A stretch of DNA of 14,073 nt, taken from NCBI GenBank assembly GCA_964566605.1, contig CAZMKA010000055.1, forward strand, positions 1 through 14,073, in the 5' to 3' direction. Numbering within the stretch: position 1 is the first letter of the stretch; each line of letters begins with the position of its first letter. Below the pieces are notes generated by a model, which was not told the DNA's origin, made no database searches, and was given only the letters and a program-made list of their open reading frames with translations. Origin of the DNA: an uncultured Saprospiraceae bacterium. GTDB lineage: Bacteria > Bacteroidota > Bacteroidia > Chitinophagales > Saprospiraceae. This document shows positions 13,320-14,073 of this stretch, piece after piece. A program made the translations under genes and the position numbers.

Positions 13320-14073
13320 ATGGTTTTCAAAAGGAAAATAGAGGAAAAGTTAAACGAATGGCGCGGTCAGAAAGGGCGAAAGCCACTGATTCTACGAGGA
13401 GCTAGGCAAGTGGGGAAATCAACATTAGTGAGAAACTTCGGTAAGTCATTTGATTATTATATTGAATTGAATCTTGAAAAAGGTTCTGATATAGCATTTT
13501 TTGAATCTTATGGAGATGATGTTTCTACTATTCTTGATTCGATTTTACTTGATAGAAACCTCCCCAAAGATTATGCTAATACACTTTTATTCATAGATGA
13601 GATTCAAGAATCAACGGAAGCCATCAAGTTACTTCGATATTTTCATGAAGAACTTCCCGATCTTCATGTTATAGCAGCGGGCTCATTATTGGAATTTGCG
13701 ATAAATAAAGTTTCATCGTTTCCTGTTGGAAGAGTCGTTCAGCTTGCGATACATCCCATGGATTTTGAGGAATTTTTAATGGCTTTGGGCGAAGAACAGG
13801 CTTTGAAATATCTAAATACAATTCCTGCTCCTGATTTTGCCATACCAAAGTTGATAGATCTTTTTCATGAATACGCAAGGGTAGGAGGTATGCCCGAGAT
13901 TGTTAAAAATTATGTTCGGAATAATAAATCCTTAGTTCCTTTACAAGATGTATATTCTAGTATTTGGGATAATTATTTAGACGATGTAGAGAAATATTCA
14001 ACTAACGATACCCAACGCACAATCATAAGACAAATACTTCAAGCTGCTCCTCATGTAAGAGATAGAATTACGT
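13320..14073 (+). CDS. AAA+ ATPase of the COG1373 / AAA_14 + DUF4143 family (3'-partial; runs off the window end)
   Basis: N-terminus MVFKRKIEEKLNEWRGQKGRKPLILRGARQVGKSTLVRNFGK carries a Walker A motif in the context typical of this family. Walker B is LLFIDEIQ. The frame is open to the window end. The six-frame track missed it because there is no stop in the window. Confidence 0.85.
   Translation, partial: MVFKRKIEEKLNEWRGQKGRKPLILRGARQVGKSTLVRNFGKSFDYYIELNLEKGSDIAFFESYGDDVSTILDSILLDRNLPKDYANTLLFIDEIQESTEAIKLLRYFHEELPDLHVIAAGSLLEFAINKVSSFPVGRVVQLAIHPMDFEEFLMALGEEQALKYLNTIPAPDFAIPKLIDLFHEYARVGGMPEIVKNYVRNNKSLVPLQDVYSSIWDNYLDDVEKYSTNDTQRTIIRQILQAAPHVRDRIT

Noticed and set aside
13669-13878. 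Minus-strand 69-aa ORF
   Set aside because: It lies inside and antisense to the AAA+ ATPase reading frame, which has clear Walker motifs.

Overview
This window looks like an AT-rich Bacteroidetes-type chromosome (inferred from codon usage, lipoprotein signal peptides and gene families). The left end carries the 3' end of a fatty-acid beta-oxidation operon: the C-terminal crotonase part of a 3-hydroxyacyl-CoA dehydrogenase/enoyl-CoA hydratase, then a thiolase. An AT-rich accessory segment of about 4.5 kb (about 1767-6300) follows. It holds a four-TM membrane protein, a 5'-truncated VOC/glyoxalase remnant, an intact VOC gene, an N-terminally truncated XRE-HTH remnant, a lipoprotein, an Xre(DUF2384)-RES toxin-antitoxin pair and a 95-aa orphan protein. 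About 3.1 kb of it is bracketed by two copies of a roughly 56-nt direct repeat with a GC-rich hairpin. Beyond that lie a (CA)n/(CT)n microsatellite, a minus-strand nfeD-like/flotillin operon, a lipoprotein plus ECF sigma factor plus a TM protein with a C-terminal beta-barrel-like domain, a YfcC-family transporter, a roughly 440-bp repeat-rich non-coding region (2.6 copies of a ~118-nt tandem repeat and three 33-bp direct repeats each with a TTTGTTACAAA palindrome), and the 5' part of a COG1373-type AAA+ ATPase (AAA_14/DUF4143). A palindromic motif TTTGGG-N(1-5)-CCCAAA occurs five times, once inside a CDS. I found no rRNA or tRNA genes, no CRISPR array and no transposase or integrase. All calls come from reading the translated ORFs and the sequence by eye. 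No database search was possible.
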